The translations under genes were made by a program, and so were the position numbers. This document shows, one piece after another, positions 17,146 to 27,477 of a stretch of DNA of 59,495 nt. The notes below the pieces were generated by a model. The model saw only the letters and a program-made list of their open reading frames with translations. It did no database searches and had not been told where the DNA came from. The stretch spans positions 1-59,495 of the forward strand of contig CAYPFW010000005.1 in assembly GCA_964410585.1 (NCBI GenBank), read 5' to 3'. The stretch is from an uncultured archaeon. Its GTDB lineage: Archaea > Aenigmatarchaeota > Aenigmatarchaeia > QMZP01 > JACQNV01. The stretch's first letter is position 1. Every line of letters starts with the position of its first letter.

Positions 17146-17856
17146 ATGCTTTGTGTGCTTCTTGCTGGCGGATTTGGAACAAGGTTAGGTGAAATTGCAA
17201 AAGACAGACCAAAATGTCTTCTACCGATTAAAGGAAAACCTATACTTGATTATGTTTTCGATGGAGTGAAAAATTTAGATTTAAAAAAAACATATGTGTC
17301 TACAAACATGAAGTTTGCAAAAGATTTTGAATCTTGGACAAAGCAAAAGGGCATAGAACTTATCTTAGAGCCTGTTACAAGTGAAGATCATAAACTTGGG
17401 AGCATTGGTGGTTTGGATTTTTTGGTAAAAACTAAAAATATAAACGATGATTTACTTGTTGTAGCCGGAGATAATCTGTTTGATTTTGATTTGAAAAACA
17501 TCTTGAACTTTTTCAAAGAAAAGCAGGCGCCTGTGATTGGTTTTTATAAACTTAATCTTTTGGAAGCCAAGAAATTTGGCGTTGGGAAATTGAATTCCAA
17601 CAATAAACTAATTGATTTTGAGGAGAAGCCAGAAAAACCAAAATCAGATTTGATTTCAACTGCTATCTATATTATTCCAAAAAAAGATTTGAAGCTAATC
17701 GGCGAATACTTGAAGAGCAGTAATAGTCTAGATAAATTGGGTGACTTCATAAAATGGCTTTACAAAAAACAAGAAGTTTATGGATTTGTTTTTGAAGGCA
17801 AGTGGTTTGATATAGGATCACCTGAAACGTACAGAAAAGCAGAGGAAGAGTTTTAG
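17146..17856 (+). CDS. Sugar-phosphate nucleotidyltransferase
   Basis: LAGGFGTRL..PKCLLPI, FEEKP, WFDIG. Confidence 0.9.
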   Translation: MLCVLLAGGFGTRLGEIAKDRPKCLLPIKGKPILDYVFDGVKNLDLKKTYVSTNMKFAKDFESWTKQKGIELILEPVTSEDHKLGSIGGLDFLVKTKNINDDLLVVAGDNLFDFDLKNILNFFKEKQAPVIGFYKLNLLEAKKFGVGKLNSNNKLIDFEEKPEKPKSDLISTAIYIIPKKDLKLIGEYLKSSNSLDKLGDFIKWLYKKQEVYGFVFEGKWFDIGSPETYRKAEEEF

Positions 17857-17886
17857 TTTTTTAATCTGGATTTAATATTTAGATAT

Positions 17887-18216
17887 ATGGCAGAAGATTT
17901 ATCACTTAAAGATTTGACCAAGCTTGTTTTAAACCAAGCAAAAGAAAAAGGATTTGGGACAAAACCAGAAGAAATAAATGTTGCTGAGAAAATAGCCTTG
18001 ATCCATTCTGAGATTTCAGAAGCCTTTGAGGCATACAGACACAAAAATATAGAAGGAAAAGATGGGTTCAAAGAGGAATTAGGCGATTCTGTTCAAAGGA
18101 TTTTACATTTAGCTGGAATTTTTAATATTGATTTGGAAAAAGAAATCTTGAAGAAAATAGAGTCAAACAAAAACAGGGACTGGAATTGGAAAGAAATGAA
18201 TGAGAAGCACGATTAA
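17887..18216 (+). CDS. MazG-like nucleotide pyrophosphohydrolase
   Basis: LIHSEISEA.E and EELGD motifs. Confidence 0.85.
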   Translation: MAEDLSLKDLTKLVLNQAKEKGFGTKPEEINVAEKIALIHSEISEAFEAYRHKNIEGKDGFKEELGDSVQRILHLAGIFNIDLEKEILKKIESNKNRDWNWKEMNEKHD

Positions 18217-18536
18217 CCGTACTCTCTCCAAGAATGCTTGCATTTAACACATCTCAAAAATAGCGTAGGTGCTTCGTCTGCTGATCTTGTTTGTTGGATC
18301 CACCAGTAGGCCTCTTTGTTGTTGCATTTTGAGCAATTTGTTTTTGTTTTTGGAAGGGCCTCTTCGCTTTTCTCAATAACTATAACTTGGTCTAATGGAT
18401 TCTTCTCAACACTTTCTGTTATTTGCATTGGCTTGTAGTCTTTAAGCTTGTAACCACACTTTCTACAAACAAGGAAATTTTTCTTTCCATCCCTTTGTGC
18501 AATCAAAACCAAGCCACATTTATCACAAAATTCCAT
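18213..18536 (-). CDS. tfs: Transcription factor S (TFS/RpoM)
   Basis: Two Zn ribbons; QTRSADEA motif. Confidence 0.95.
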   Translation of the reverse strand: MEFCDKCGLVLIAQRDGKKNFLVCRKCGYKLKDYKPMQITESVEKNPLDQVIVIEKSEEALPKTKTNCSKCNNKEAYWWIQQTRSADEAPTLFLRCVKCKHSWREYG

Positions 18537-18569
18537 TTGAGATCAACCCTCTAATTTGTTATCTTACAA

Positions 18570-19046
18570 TTATTGCCTAATAAAGTATATAAGTATTAGC
18601 GCTAGTATGACCAAGATAAACCAAAAAATATTTGGCAAAACATACTCAATAAGCCCTATTTTCACCCAACCCAAATAGGGTATTATTAGAATTTCTTTTC
18701 CATAAACACTTTCATATGGAATCGACTTCTCAAAAGGAAGCTGTCCACTATTTGCATCACCCTTTGTTTGGTATGTTCCATCTTGATTTATCTCAATTAT
18801 TCTATGCACTATAGGCACTGGTCCAGAACCAGCAAATACAATTATATCGCCTTTTTTCAAGTCTCCTCTTTGCACACCTTGGATGATCAAAATATCGCCT
18901 TTCTGGAATGTTGGTACCATTGAATTTGATTCAACTGCAACTATTGGTATTGATGTATGAAGCAGAAAACCGAGACCAAAATTTATCCCAAGAGCTATGA
19001 CTATACCAAGAACAATATACACAATTGTCTCTGTAGAATCTTTCAT
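18570..19046 (-). CDS. Signal peptidase I (Sec11-type)
   Basis: SNSMVP, IVHR, TKGDAN motifs. Confidence 0.93.
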   Translation of the reverse strand: MKDSTETIVYIVLGIVIALGINFGLGFLLHTSIPIVAVESNSMVPTFQKGDILIIQGVQRGDLKKGDIIVFAGSGPVPIVHRIIEINQDGTYQTKGDANSGQLPFEKSIPYESVYGKEILIIPYLGWVKIGLIEYVLPNIFWFILVILALILIYFIRQ

Positions 19047-19080
19047 AGGTCTATAACACGGGACTAACTAAAAGACGCTA

Positions 19081-19350
19081 TTATTTTTTCAACAGTTTTG
19101 AAAACTCTTTTTGGAGGTCTTTCACCTGTTCTATAACATCTTGAGCAGAATCATCAAGAATTTTTAGCGGGTTTTTTGATTTAACAACGAGCTCAGGATC
19201 AGAAAGGTATGGATGGTTAACCTTGTAGGCCACACTTTCTGGTTTCTGTTTCCAAGCAGATTCTCTAAGTAGGTTTAATAGTGTAGGAGATTCGCCTTTA
19301 ACAGATATTCTGGCCTCTTCGTCTTCTAAAGAAACAAGCTCTAATTTCAT
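19081..19350 (-). CDS. rpoL: RNA polymerase subunit Rpo11 (RpoL)
   Basis: GESPTLLNLL..AYKVNHP..PEL. Confidence 0.88.
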   Translation of the reverse strand: MKLELVSLEDEEARISVKGESPTLLNLLRESAWKQKPESVAYKVNHPYLSDPELVVKSKNPLKILDDSAQDVIEQVKDLQKEFSKLLKK

Positions 19351-19403
19351 AAGTTTAATATACAAAACAAGGGTTTATATAGCTTAGTTCCTGACTTTTT
19401 TAT

Positions 19404-20636
19404 ATGTCAAGTATAGAGGGATTTTACAAAAAAACAGTTGAAGAGAGGATAGAAACAGTAAAAAAGCTGGCTAAATTAGATGAAAAGGATATCCAGACCC
19501 TTAAAAAAACAGGTGCTTTAGACCTACAGACGGCTGAAAGGATGATTGAAAATGTCATCGGTACATTCCAACTTCCTTTAGGAATTGCCACGAACTTTTT
19601 GATAAATGGAAAAGAATATTTGATTCCAATGGTTTTGGAAGAGCCATCTGTTGTAGCAGCAGCTTCCAACGCAGCAAAGCTTTGCAGACCTTCTGGTTTT
19701 AGAACAGAGAGCACAGAGCCTTTGATGGTTGGACAGATACAAATTTTTGTCGACGATTTGGAAAAAGCCAAAAAGATTTTGCAGCAAAATGAAAAAAAGA
19801 TTTTCGATTTTGTCAATTCAAAAGACTCATCAATAATTAAATTGGGTGGAGGACTAAAATCAATAGAATATAAAAAAATAGAGACAGAAAAGAAAATGTT
19901 AATAGTGAACTTGCTGATTGATGTTAGGGATTCCATGGGAGCCAATTTCGTCAACACTGTTTGTGAGCAAGTTTCTCCTCTTTTGGAGCAACTCACAGGC
20001 GGAGACTTTGTACTTAGAATACTTTCAAACTTATGTGATAGGAGAATAGCAAGAGCAAAAGCTGTTTGGAAAAAAGAAGTTGTTGGAGAAGATGTTGTGG
20101 AAGGTGTTTTAGATGCATATTTGTTCGCCAAAAACGATGTATACCGCGCAACAACACATAATAAAGGAATAATGAATGGTATAGATGCTGTATGCCTAGC
20201 CACTGGAAATGATTTTCGTGCATTGGAAGCAGGGGCACACTCATATGCCTCGCTAAATGGGTATAAACCATTGACAAAATATTGGAAAAATAAAGAAGGT
20301 GATTTAGAGGGTGAAATTGAAATTCCCTTGGCTGTTGGAATTGTTGGCGGCTCAACAAAAACAAACCCAGTTGTTGGTATAGCTTTAAAAATTTTAGGGA
20401 TCAAAACAGCAAGAGAGCTTGCTGAGATAATGGCCGCTGTTGGGTTGGCAAACAATTTTGCTGCCTTAAGGGCTTTATCAACAGAAGGTATACAACGAGG
20501 GCACATGAAGCTGCATGCAAAAAATGTTGCTGTGGCTGCAGGCGCAAAAGGTGAACAAATAGAAAGCGTTTCACAACAAATGATAAAAGAAAATAGGATA
20601 AGTGAAACATATGCAAAGCAGTTGTTAGGAAAATAG
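19404..20636 (+). CDS. mvaA: HMG-CoA reductase, class II
   Basis: IENVIG, EEPSVVAA, DSMGAN, THNKGIMNG, GIQRGHM. Confidence 0.95.
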   Translation: MSSIEGFYKKTVEERIETVKKLAKLDEKDIQTLKKTGALDLQTAERMIENVIGTFQLPLGIATNFLINGKEYLIPMVLEEPSVVAAASNAAKLCRPSGFRTESTEPLMVGQIQIFVDDLEKAKKILQQNEKKIFDFVNSKDSSIIKLGGGLKSIEYKKIETEKKMLIVNLLIDVRDSMGANFVNTVCEQVSPLLEQLTGGDFVLRILSNLCDRRIARAKAVWKKEVVGEDVVEGVLDAYLFAKNDVYRATTHNKGIMNGIDAVCLATGNDFRALEAGAHSYASLNGYKPLTKYWKNKEGDLEGEIEIPLAVGIVGGSTKTNPVVGIALKILGIKTARELAEIMAAVGLANNFAALRALSTEGIQRGHMKLHAKNVAVAAGAKGEQIESVSQQMIKENRISETYAKQLLGK

Positions 20637-20637
20637 T

Positions 20638-21987
20638 ATGGAAAAAAACATTTTCAAAGAATATGATATAAGGGCACTTGTAGGAAAGGAAATGTCAGCT
20701 GAAGAAGCAGAGTTGATAGGAAAAGCATTCGGTTCAATGGTTTTCGGTGATATTGTTGTTGGGTGTGATAATAGGGAAAGCTCTCCTGCTTTCAAGGAGT
20801 TTTTCATAAAAGGTATGCTTTCAACAGGCTGCAATGTTATTGACATTGGTACAGTTCCAACACCTGTTATGTATTTTTCTGTCTGCTATTATGGGTTAGA
20901 TGGAGGTGTAAACATAACAGCATCTCACAATCCACCAGAATACAACGGATTCAAACTCTGTAGGAAATCTGCTGAGCCTTTTTTTGGGGAGGACATACAG
21001 AAAATTTTCGAGCGCATACAAAAAAAAGATTTTAGAACAGGGCAAGGGAAGCTAACAAAAAGAGAGGTTTTAGACGATTATTTGAACTACATAAAAAGCA
21101 AAATACAACTAGAGAAAAAATTCAAGGTTGTTGTAGATTGTGGAAACGCTGTCGGGGCTTTGACTGGACCAAAGCTTTTTGAAAGCTTAGGCTGTGAAGT
21201 TGTTAGGTTGTATTGTTATTTAGACTCTAAATTCCCGAATCACATGCCTGATCCAGTTAAACCAGAAAACCTCAAAGATCTCATACAAAAAGTAAAAGAA
21301 GAAAGGGCTGACATAGGTATAGCCTTTGATGGTGACGCAGATAGAATAGGTGTTGTAGATAGGAATGGGAGGATACTTTTTGGTGACGAGCTTATGGTTC
21401 TGTTTTCAAAAGAAGTTTTAACCAAAAAACCAAAGTCAAAGGTTCTTTTTGAAGTGAAATGTTCACAAAACCTTTATGAAAAAATATTGGAATTTGGTGG
21501 GAAGCCAATTGTTTGGAAAACCGGCCACTCTCTTATAAAAGATAAAATGAAAAAAGAAGATGCCATGCTCGCAGGCGAAATGTCAGGCCACCTATTTTTC
21601 AGGGACGAATGGTTTGGATTTGATGATGCTATTTATTCTGGAGCTAGGCTACTTAGATTTTTGTCTACACAAGAACAAGATATCTCAGAGCTTTTAGGAG
21701 TGAACAAGTATGTTTCCTCGCCTGAAATAAGAGTTGAATGTTCTGACGATAAAAAGTTTAAAGTTGTAGATGAGGTGAAAGAAATTTTCCTCAAAACACA
21801 TCCAAAATCAATAACAGTCGACGGTATTAGAGTTGTATATCCTTTTGGTTGGGGATTAATAAGAGCTTCAAACACATCTCCTAAGCTTATTCTTAGGTTT
21901 GAAGCAGACTCAAAAGAGAATTTAAAGGAGATAGAAAACAACTTCAGGCTTGTGCTTTCTAAATATCAGGAAGTTGGGAATTGGTAA
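20638..21987 (+). CDS. Phosphomannomutase/phosphoglucomutase
   Basis: TASHNP, FDGDADR, GEMSGH, RASNT. Confidence 0.95.
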   Translation: MEKNIFKEYDIRALVGKEMSAEEAELIGKAFGSMVFGDIVVGCDNRESSPAFKEFFIKGMLSTGCNVIDIGTVPTPVMYFSVCYYGLDGGVNITASHNPPEYNGFKLCRKSAEPFFGEDIQKIFERIQKKDFRTGQGKLTKREVLDDYLNYIKSKIQLEKKFKVVVDCGNAVGALTGPKLFESLGCEVVRLYCYLDSKFPNHMPDPVKPENLKDLIQKVKEERADIGIAFDGDADRIGVVDRNGRILFGDELMVLFSKEVLTKKPKSKVLFEVKCSQNLYEKILEFGGKPIVWKTGHSLIKDKMKKEDAMLAGEMSGHLFFRDEWFGFDDAIYSGARLLRFLSTQEQDISELLGVNKYVSSPEIRVECSDDKKFKVVDEVKEIFLKTHPKSITVDGIRVVYPFGWGLIRASNTSPKLILRFEADSKENLKEIENNFRLVLSKYQEVGNW

Positions 21988-21990
21988 TTT

Positions 21991-22947
21991 ATGTTCGAAG
22001 TATCTGAGCTTCTAAAACAAATAAAAGAAAAAGGAGCGAAAAAAATATTTTTGCAGCTACCAGAAGGCTTGAAAACAAAGACTCAGGAATTCGCAGACTT
22101 GCTTGAAAAAACAGGTATAGAAACAATAATTTCATGCGAGCCAATGTGGGGTGCATGTGATTTAAAAGATCACGAGGGAAAGATGCTTGGGTGCGATCTT
22201 CTTGTCCACGTTGGTCACTCACAATTTGGAAACTTGAAATCAGAAATACCTGTTTTATATTTTCCATTTAGACTAGAATATAATCCGCTTCCTGTTTTGG
22301 AGAAAGACTGGAAAAAGATAGAGAATTTCAAAACTTTCAACATAGTCTCAACAGCACAACACATACATTGTTTGGAAAATGTGAAACTGTTTTTGGAAGA
22401 AAAAGGTAAAAAGGTTTTGAGTTTTGGAAAACCATCACTTTCAAAGCAATCAGGACAAGTTTTAGGGTGCGACCAAACAGCTGCTCTGTCTGATGACGCT
22501 GATTGTATCCTCTTTATCGGTTCTGGAAAATTCCACCCACTTGGAATTGTTAGGAAAACTGAAAAACCTGTTTTTGTACTTAGTACAGATACTGATTCAA
22601 TTACTGACTTTTCAAAAGAAAGGGACAAGTTTTTGAAAATAAAATTCGCCCAAATTGAAAAAGCAAAAGACGCAAAGAATTTTGGGATTGTTGTTTCATC
22701 TAAACCAGGACAAATGTACATAAGGCAAGCAGAGGTTTTGAAGAAAAAATTAGATAGTATGGGTAAAAAATCTTGGATTTTTGTTATGGACTTTATCACA
22801 AAAGAAAAGTTGATGGGTTTGAAATTGGATGCTTTGGTGAATTGCGCATGCCCAAGGTTGGACGAAGACTCTCATTTGTTTGGTATGCCTGTTTTGAATC
22901 CAGAGGATGTTGGGAAACTATCACAAGGTCTTAAAATATTAGAATAA
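21991..22947 (+). CDS. dph2: Diphthamide biosynthesis protein Dph2
   Basis: QLPEGL, WGACD, H.GHS, GQVLGC, ACPR (three Fe-S cysteines). Confidence 0.93.
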   Translation: MFEVSELLKQIKEKGAKKIFLQLPEGLKTKTQEFADLLEKTGIETIISCEPMWGACDLKDHEGKMLGCDLLVHVGHSQFGNLKSEIPVLYFPFRLEYNPLPVLEKDWKKIENFKTFNIVSTAQHIHCLENVKLFLEEKGKKVLSFGKPSLSKQSGQVLGCDQTAALSDDADCILFIGSGKFHPLGIVRKTEKPVFVLSTDTDSITDFSKERDKFLKIKFAQIEKAKDAKNFGIVVSSKPGQMYIRQAEVLKKKLDSMGKKSWIFVMDFITKEKLMGLKLDALVNCACPRLDEDSHLFGMPVLNPEDVGKLSQGLKILE

Positions 22948-22971
22948 AAAGTTTTCTGTCTAATTCTTTCG

Positions 22972-24453
22972 ATGAGACGTGGATACATACCTCCAGGCGA
23001 CACACCAAATTTGAAGTATTGGGATCCCACTGAGGTGTACCTTAAATCAAATGGAAGTTTCCGGTTTAGTCCAAGCAGGACACATGTTTTTAATTATTTC
23101 ACTGACCATACTGGCTGGTCACCATGGAGAACAAGAGATAATCCAGACAGTGATGTTTTTGTAATGGGTATGGCTGGATCCCATCTTTTTTACATAGTAC
23201 ATGGTGGAATTTACACTGATATTTACAATCATCACAAATTTTCCAGGCTTCGCAGAGTTTCCAATCTCGGGGTAACAAAAATCGAGATCATTGGCGCTAA
23301 CCATGGAAGAGATCAACATTCCATAGTTGCTGGAATAATGGCTGAACTTGTCCTAAGAAGGAATGGTTTTTCAGAACATGATGTCAATGTTGGAATAGCA
23401 GCTGGACTACTCCACGATGTGGCAACTCCTGTATATTCTGATTATGGAAAATTAGCATGCCCAGAAGAACTTGATGAAGAAAAAAATATTGAACTTATTA
23501 TAGGAAATTTTGACGAGATTTTCAGGAAATATGGTATTGAAAAACAAGAGGTTGTAGATGCGATAAGAGGACAAGGCTCTGTTGGAAAACTCATCAATTC
23601 TAAAGGCGTTGATTTGGATAAAATAGCCTACACAGCAATTGATTTTGATAGAACATATAGATCAGATCCCTGGGGAAGGATGAGAGTGTTTAGAAGAGAT
23701 CCATATTTGTTTGACATACATGAGGATATAGAAATAGTTGATGGGCAACCTGTTTTCACAGATCCACAAAAGCTTTTCAGGTTTTTGTATTTGCGAGCCC
23801 TTATGTTTGAGAATGTCCATTTTTCAGGAGCAAATAGGGCAAGGGAGGCACATCTTAAAAGGATTTTACAGGATTTATGGAAACGAGGAAAAATAAACAA
23901 AAAACAAATGCTGGAATCAGACGATGGTTGGTTTTTGCATATGCTTGAAAAAGAAATTGGGAGGGATATATTCGAATTTCAATCTGTTTCTTTCCCAATT
24001 GTTGAGGTTGGTAGATATCAAACAGTAGAAGAGGCTCAAAAAGCACATGAAGGTGACGATGTTATAATAGATAAGTGGAGGACATTTAATCCAGCTACAG
24101 GCACATTAATAATTCATGGCGGTCAGAAAAAGTTTGGAAGAACTGTTGGTGGGAATATTTTGCCCTTCAGGGAAGTTTTTCCTAAACAAGCAGGATTAGT
24201 TGAACAAATATCAAGAGATCAGGAATATGTTGGTGTCTACAAAAGGGGCGAAGACTCACCTACAAATCCTGAGCTTCTAAGGCATTTTAGATATAGAAGT
24301 TTAGCAGAAGGTGTTGGAGTCCCTAGGAAAATATTGAGCCTTGCAGATGTTGAAACACCAGAAAGGATAATTTGGGCTTTAGAACAAATAGGTAGGAAAG
24401 ACGAAGCTCAAAAAATGAGAGAAAGATTAGAGGGAGAACCTAGTTTTGCCTAA
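22972..24453 (+). CDS. HD-domain phosphohydrolase (SAMHD1/dNTPase-like)
   Basis: RLRRV.NLG, H.R..HS, GLLHD, D.DK..Y motifs. Confidence 0.78.
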   Translation: MRRGYIPPGDTPNLKYWDPTEVYLKSNGSFRFSPSRTHVFNYFTDHTGWSPWRTRDNPDSDVFVMGMAGSHLFYIVHGGIYTDIYNHHKFSRLRRVSNLGVTKIEIIGANHGRDQHSIVAGIMAELVLRRNGFSEHDVNVGIAAGLLHDVATPVYSDYGKLACPEELDEEKNIELIIGNFDEIFRKYGIEKQEVVDAIRGQGSVGKLINSKGVDLDKIAYTAIDFDRTYRSDPWGRMRVFRRDPYLFDIHEDIEIVDGQPVFTDPQKLFRFLYLRALMFENVHFSGANRAREAHLKRILQDLWKRGKINKKQMLESDDGWFLHMLEKEIGRDIFEFQSVSFPIVEVGRYQTVEEAQKAHEGDDVIIDKWRTFNPATGTLIIHGGQKKFGRTVGGNILPFREVFPKQAGLVEQISRDQEYVGVYKRGEDSPTNPELLRHFRYRSLAEGVGVPRKILSLADVETPERIIWALEQIGRKDEAQKMRERLEGEPSFA

Positions 24454-25671
24454 CTTCAAAGCATTCATTGCATCTCCAACCATATACAAAGAGCCTGTTA
24501 TAAAAATTGTTTCGTCTTCTTTTACAAGGCTCAAGGCTTTCTGGACTGCTTTTTTGACGCTTTTAATTGCTTCGACATTTTTCGAATATTTTTTTGCATC
24601 TTCTTCTATAAGCCTGCAGTCTGCTGGTTTGAAATTTCCTTCTGTTGTTATTGTTGTTTCGAAAATAGGACAAAGTTTTGATACAAATTCTTCCAAAGGT
24701 TTGTCTTCTGCTATTCCTAGAACTAAAACTTTCCTGTTTTGAAGCTTTTTAACAAACTCGTATGTTGCACCGAGGCCTGCTGAATTATGGGTGCCATCGA
24801 CTATAACCAAAGGTTTTTTTGAAAGAATTTGTAGCCTGCCAGGCCAACAAACATTTTCAAAACCCTTTCCTATATTTTGATCTGAAACTCCAATTGTTTT
24901 CAAGGCAAGGTATGCTGTTTTTGAATTTTCAATTTGATATTTACCTAGAAGATGGATTTCAAACTTTTTACCGTTTATTTTGAAAACTTGTTTTTCCAAA
25001 GTTGATTCCAATATTTCTGACTTAAGGTTTTCTGTTGTAATCAGATTTGTGTTGTTTTTATCGCAAACTTTTCTAAAAATCTCGATTATTTCTGGATCTT
25101 TTTCTCCTGTAATAACCGGAGAAGTTTTTATTATTCCAGCTTTTTCACTTGCTATCTTCTCCTTTGTATCACCTAAAATCTGCATGTGATCAAAGTCAAT
25201 GTTTGTTATCACACTTACCAAGGGATTTATGATATTTGTTGCATCTAGCCTTCCACCCATACCTGTTTCTATCACAGCAATGTCAACCTTTTTTGCAAAG
25301 TGTAGAAAAGCCATTGCTGTTGTAAATTCAAAAAAAGTTGGCTGAATTCCAAGCTCCTCTGATTTTTGTTTCAAAAGTTTTGTGTATTCGACTATTTCCT
25401 TGTCAGAAATTTCTTTTCCATTTATTTTTATCCTTTCATTAAATTTCATCAAATGGGGACTTGTATATAGACCAACTTTAAATCCAGATTCTTTGAGGAC
25501 AGAATATATAAGGGCACAGACACTTCCCTTCCCATTTGTGCCTGCAACATGTATTGTTTTGTATGCGTTTTGTGGATTTCCTAAACTATCCATCAGCTTG
25601 GTTATTATCTCCAAGCCTGGCTTTATTCCAAAGCGAGAAAATCCATACAAATAATTTAAAGTTTCTTGCAT
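24427..25671 (-). CDS. folC: Folylpolyglutamate synthase/dihydrofolate synthase
   Basis: HVAGTNGKGS, TSPHL, ETGMGGRLDATN, WPGRL. Confidence 0.95.
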   Translation of the reverse strand: MQETLNYLYGFSRFGIKPGLEIITKLMDSLGNPQNAYKTIHVAGTNGKGSVCALIYSVLKESGFKVGLYTSPHLMKFNERIKINGKEISDKEIVEYTKLLKQKSEELGIQPTFFEFTTAMAFLHFAKKVDIAVIETGMGGRLDATNIINPLVSVITNIDFDHMQILGDTKEKIASEKAGIIKTSPVITGEKDPEIIEIFRKVCDKNNTNLITTENLKSEILESTLEKQVFKINGKKFEIHLLGKYQIENSKTAYLALKTIGVSDQNIGKGFENVCWPGRLQILSKKPLVIVDGTHNSAGLGATYEFVKKLQNRKVLVLGIAEDKPLEEFVSKLCPIFETTITTEGNFKPADCRLIEEDAKKYSKNVEAIKSVKKAVQKALSLVKEDETIFITGSLYMVGDAMNALKLGKTRFSL

Positions 25672-25720
25672 GAAAAATAATAGCCAACAACAATTTAAAA
25701 CCAAGCATGATAATAACAAG

Positions 25721-27016
25721 ATGATGAAACAAACTGATCCAGAAGTCTACGAAGCAATACAAGGCGAAATCAAGAGACAGCAAGATGTTCTGAACATGAT
25801 TCCTTCTGAAAATTATGTAAGCAAGGCTGTCCTAGAAGCTTGCGGCTCTGTTCTAAACAATAAATATTCTGAAGGATATCCTAAGAAAAGATATTATCAA
25901 GGCCAAGAATTCACAGACAAAGTAGAAGCCTTAGCGATTGAAAGAGCAAAAAAACTTTTTGGCGCAGAGCATGCAAATGTTCAACCTTATTCTGGAAGCC
26001 CTGCAAATATGGCTATATACCACGCTTTGCTTAAACCAGGTGAAAAAATAATGGGAATGCGATTGGACATGGGCGGACACCTAACACATGGCCACAAAGT
26101 TAATTTTTCTTCTAGATATTTCACAGCTGTCCAATATTCTGTAGACAAAGAAACGGGGCTTGTTGATATGGATGAAATCAGGAAGCTAGCTGAAAAAGAA
26201 AAACCAAAAATAATTGTTTCTGGTGCAACAGCGTATCCGAGGAAATTTGATTTCAAGGCATTCCATGAAATTGCTTTGGATGTTGGAGCATATTCATTTG
26301 CAGACATTTCACATATTGCTGGCCTTGTTTGTGGTGGTGCACATCCATCTCCTTTTCCATTCACAGATGTTGTGATGACAACAACTCACAAAACTTTGAG
26401 AGGCCCAAGAGGAGCTATGATTCTTTGCAAAAAAGAAGATAGGTTGGCTAAAATAGAAGGACTGGACGAAAAAGAAGCTAAACAAGAAAAGGATTTAGCT
26501 GGAAAAATAGATAGGGCAGTGTTTCCTGGTTTACAGGGTGGACCACATGAACACATAATTGCTGGAAAAGCAGTTGCTTTTGGCGAAGCACTGAAACCAG
26601 AATTCAAGGACTATGCTCACCAAATTGTGAAAAACGCAAAAGCATTGGCAGAAAGTTTAATGGAAAATGGGATCAAACTTTTCACAAATGGGACAGATAA
26701 CCATTTGATACTTGTTGACCTTCAACCATTTGGTCAAGGTCTAGGAAAAGATGTTGCAATTGCTTTGGAAGAAGCTGGAATTTGTTTGAACGCAAACAGC
26801 ATCCCATATGATCCTTCTCCACCAATGAAACCAAGCGGCATAAGGCTTGGAACACCTATATTGACAACAAGAGGGATGAAGGAAAGTGAAATGAAAGAAA
26901 TTGGAAAATGGATGTCACAAGTGATAAAAGATAGGACAAATTCTTCTTTGAAAGCAAAAATAAAACAGGAAGTCAAAACACTTTGCGACCAGTTCCCTGT
27001 TTATCAGGATCTTTGA
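25721..27016 (+). CDS. glyA: Serine hydroxymethyltransferase (bacterial-type)
   Basis: SENY, NKYSEGYP, GGHLTHG, TTTHKTLRGPRG. Confidence 0.97.
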   Translation: MMKQTDPEVYEAIQGEIKRQQDVLNMIPSENYVSKAVLEACGSVLNNKYSEGYPKKRYYQGQEFTDKVEALAIERAKKLFGAEHANVQPYSGSPANMAIYHALLKPGEKIMGMRLDMGGHLTHGHKVNFSSRYFTAVQYSVDKETGLVDMDEIRKLAEKEKPKIIVSGATAYPRKFDFKAFHEIALDVGAYSFADISHIAGLVCGGAHPSPFPFTDVVMTTTHKTLRGPRGAMILCKKEDRLAKIEGLDEKEAKQEKDLAGKIDRAVFPGLQGGPHEHIIAGKAVAFGEALKPEFKDYAHQIVKNAKALAESLMENGIKLFTNGTDNHLILVDLQPFGQGLGKDVAIALEEAGICLNANSIPYDPSPPMKPSGIRLGTPILTTRGMKESEMKEIGKWMSQVIKDRTNSSLKAKIKQEVKTLCDQFPVYQDL

Positions 27017-27477
27017 TATGTTATAAAACTAAATCCATCTTTGTCTTCTCTTTTTGTCTCTTTCCATTCTTTTCCTATTTTTGGGAAAAAGGCATCGCCT
27101 TCATAGTTTTTGTGGATTTTGGTTATTTCTAATCGGTCTGCAAAATCAATAGACTGCTCGTATATGTTTTGGCCGCCTATAATGTAAATGTCTTTGTCTA
27201 GTTTTTTTGCCTCCTTTATTCCTTCTTCTATAGAATTTTTGATTATACAACCAGGACTTTGATAGTTTTTGTCTCTTGTCACAACAATATTTGTCCTTCC
27301 TGGAAGTGGTTTACCAAAAACTTTTAAAATAGACTCAAAAGTTTTCCTTCCCATTATCACTGGGTGATTCAAAGTAAGTTGTTTGAATCTTTTCAAGTCA
27401 TCAGAAATATGCCAAGGAAGATTTCCTTTGTTTCCTATTACATTGTTTTCTGACACGCTGGCGATTAGAATTATCAT
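27004..27477 (-). CDS. folA: Dihydrofolate reductase
   Basis: IG..LPW, MGRKTFES, PLPGR.NIV, IGG. Confidence 0.96.
   Translation of the reverse strand: MIILIASVSENNVIGNKGNLPWHISDDLKRFKQLTLNHPVIMGRKTFESILKVFGKPLPGRTNIVVTRDKNYQSPGCIIKNSIEEGIKEAKKLDKDIYIIGGQNIYEQSIDFADRLEITKIHKNYEGDAFFPKIGKEWKETKREDKDGFSFITYQRS

Noticed and set aside
19424-20506. 360-aa antisense ORF
   Set aside because: Shadow of HMG-CoA reductase on the opposite strand with no motifs; the same applies to most short overlapping ORFs in the track.
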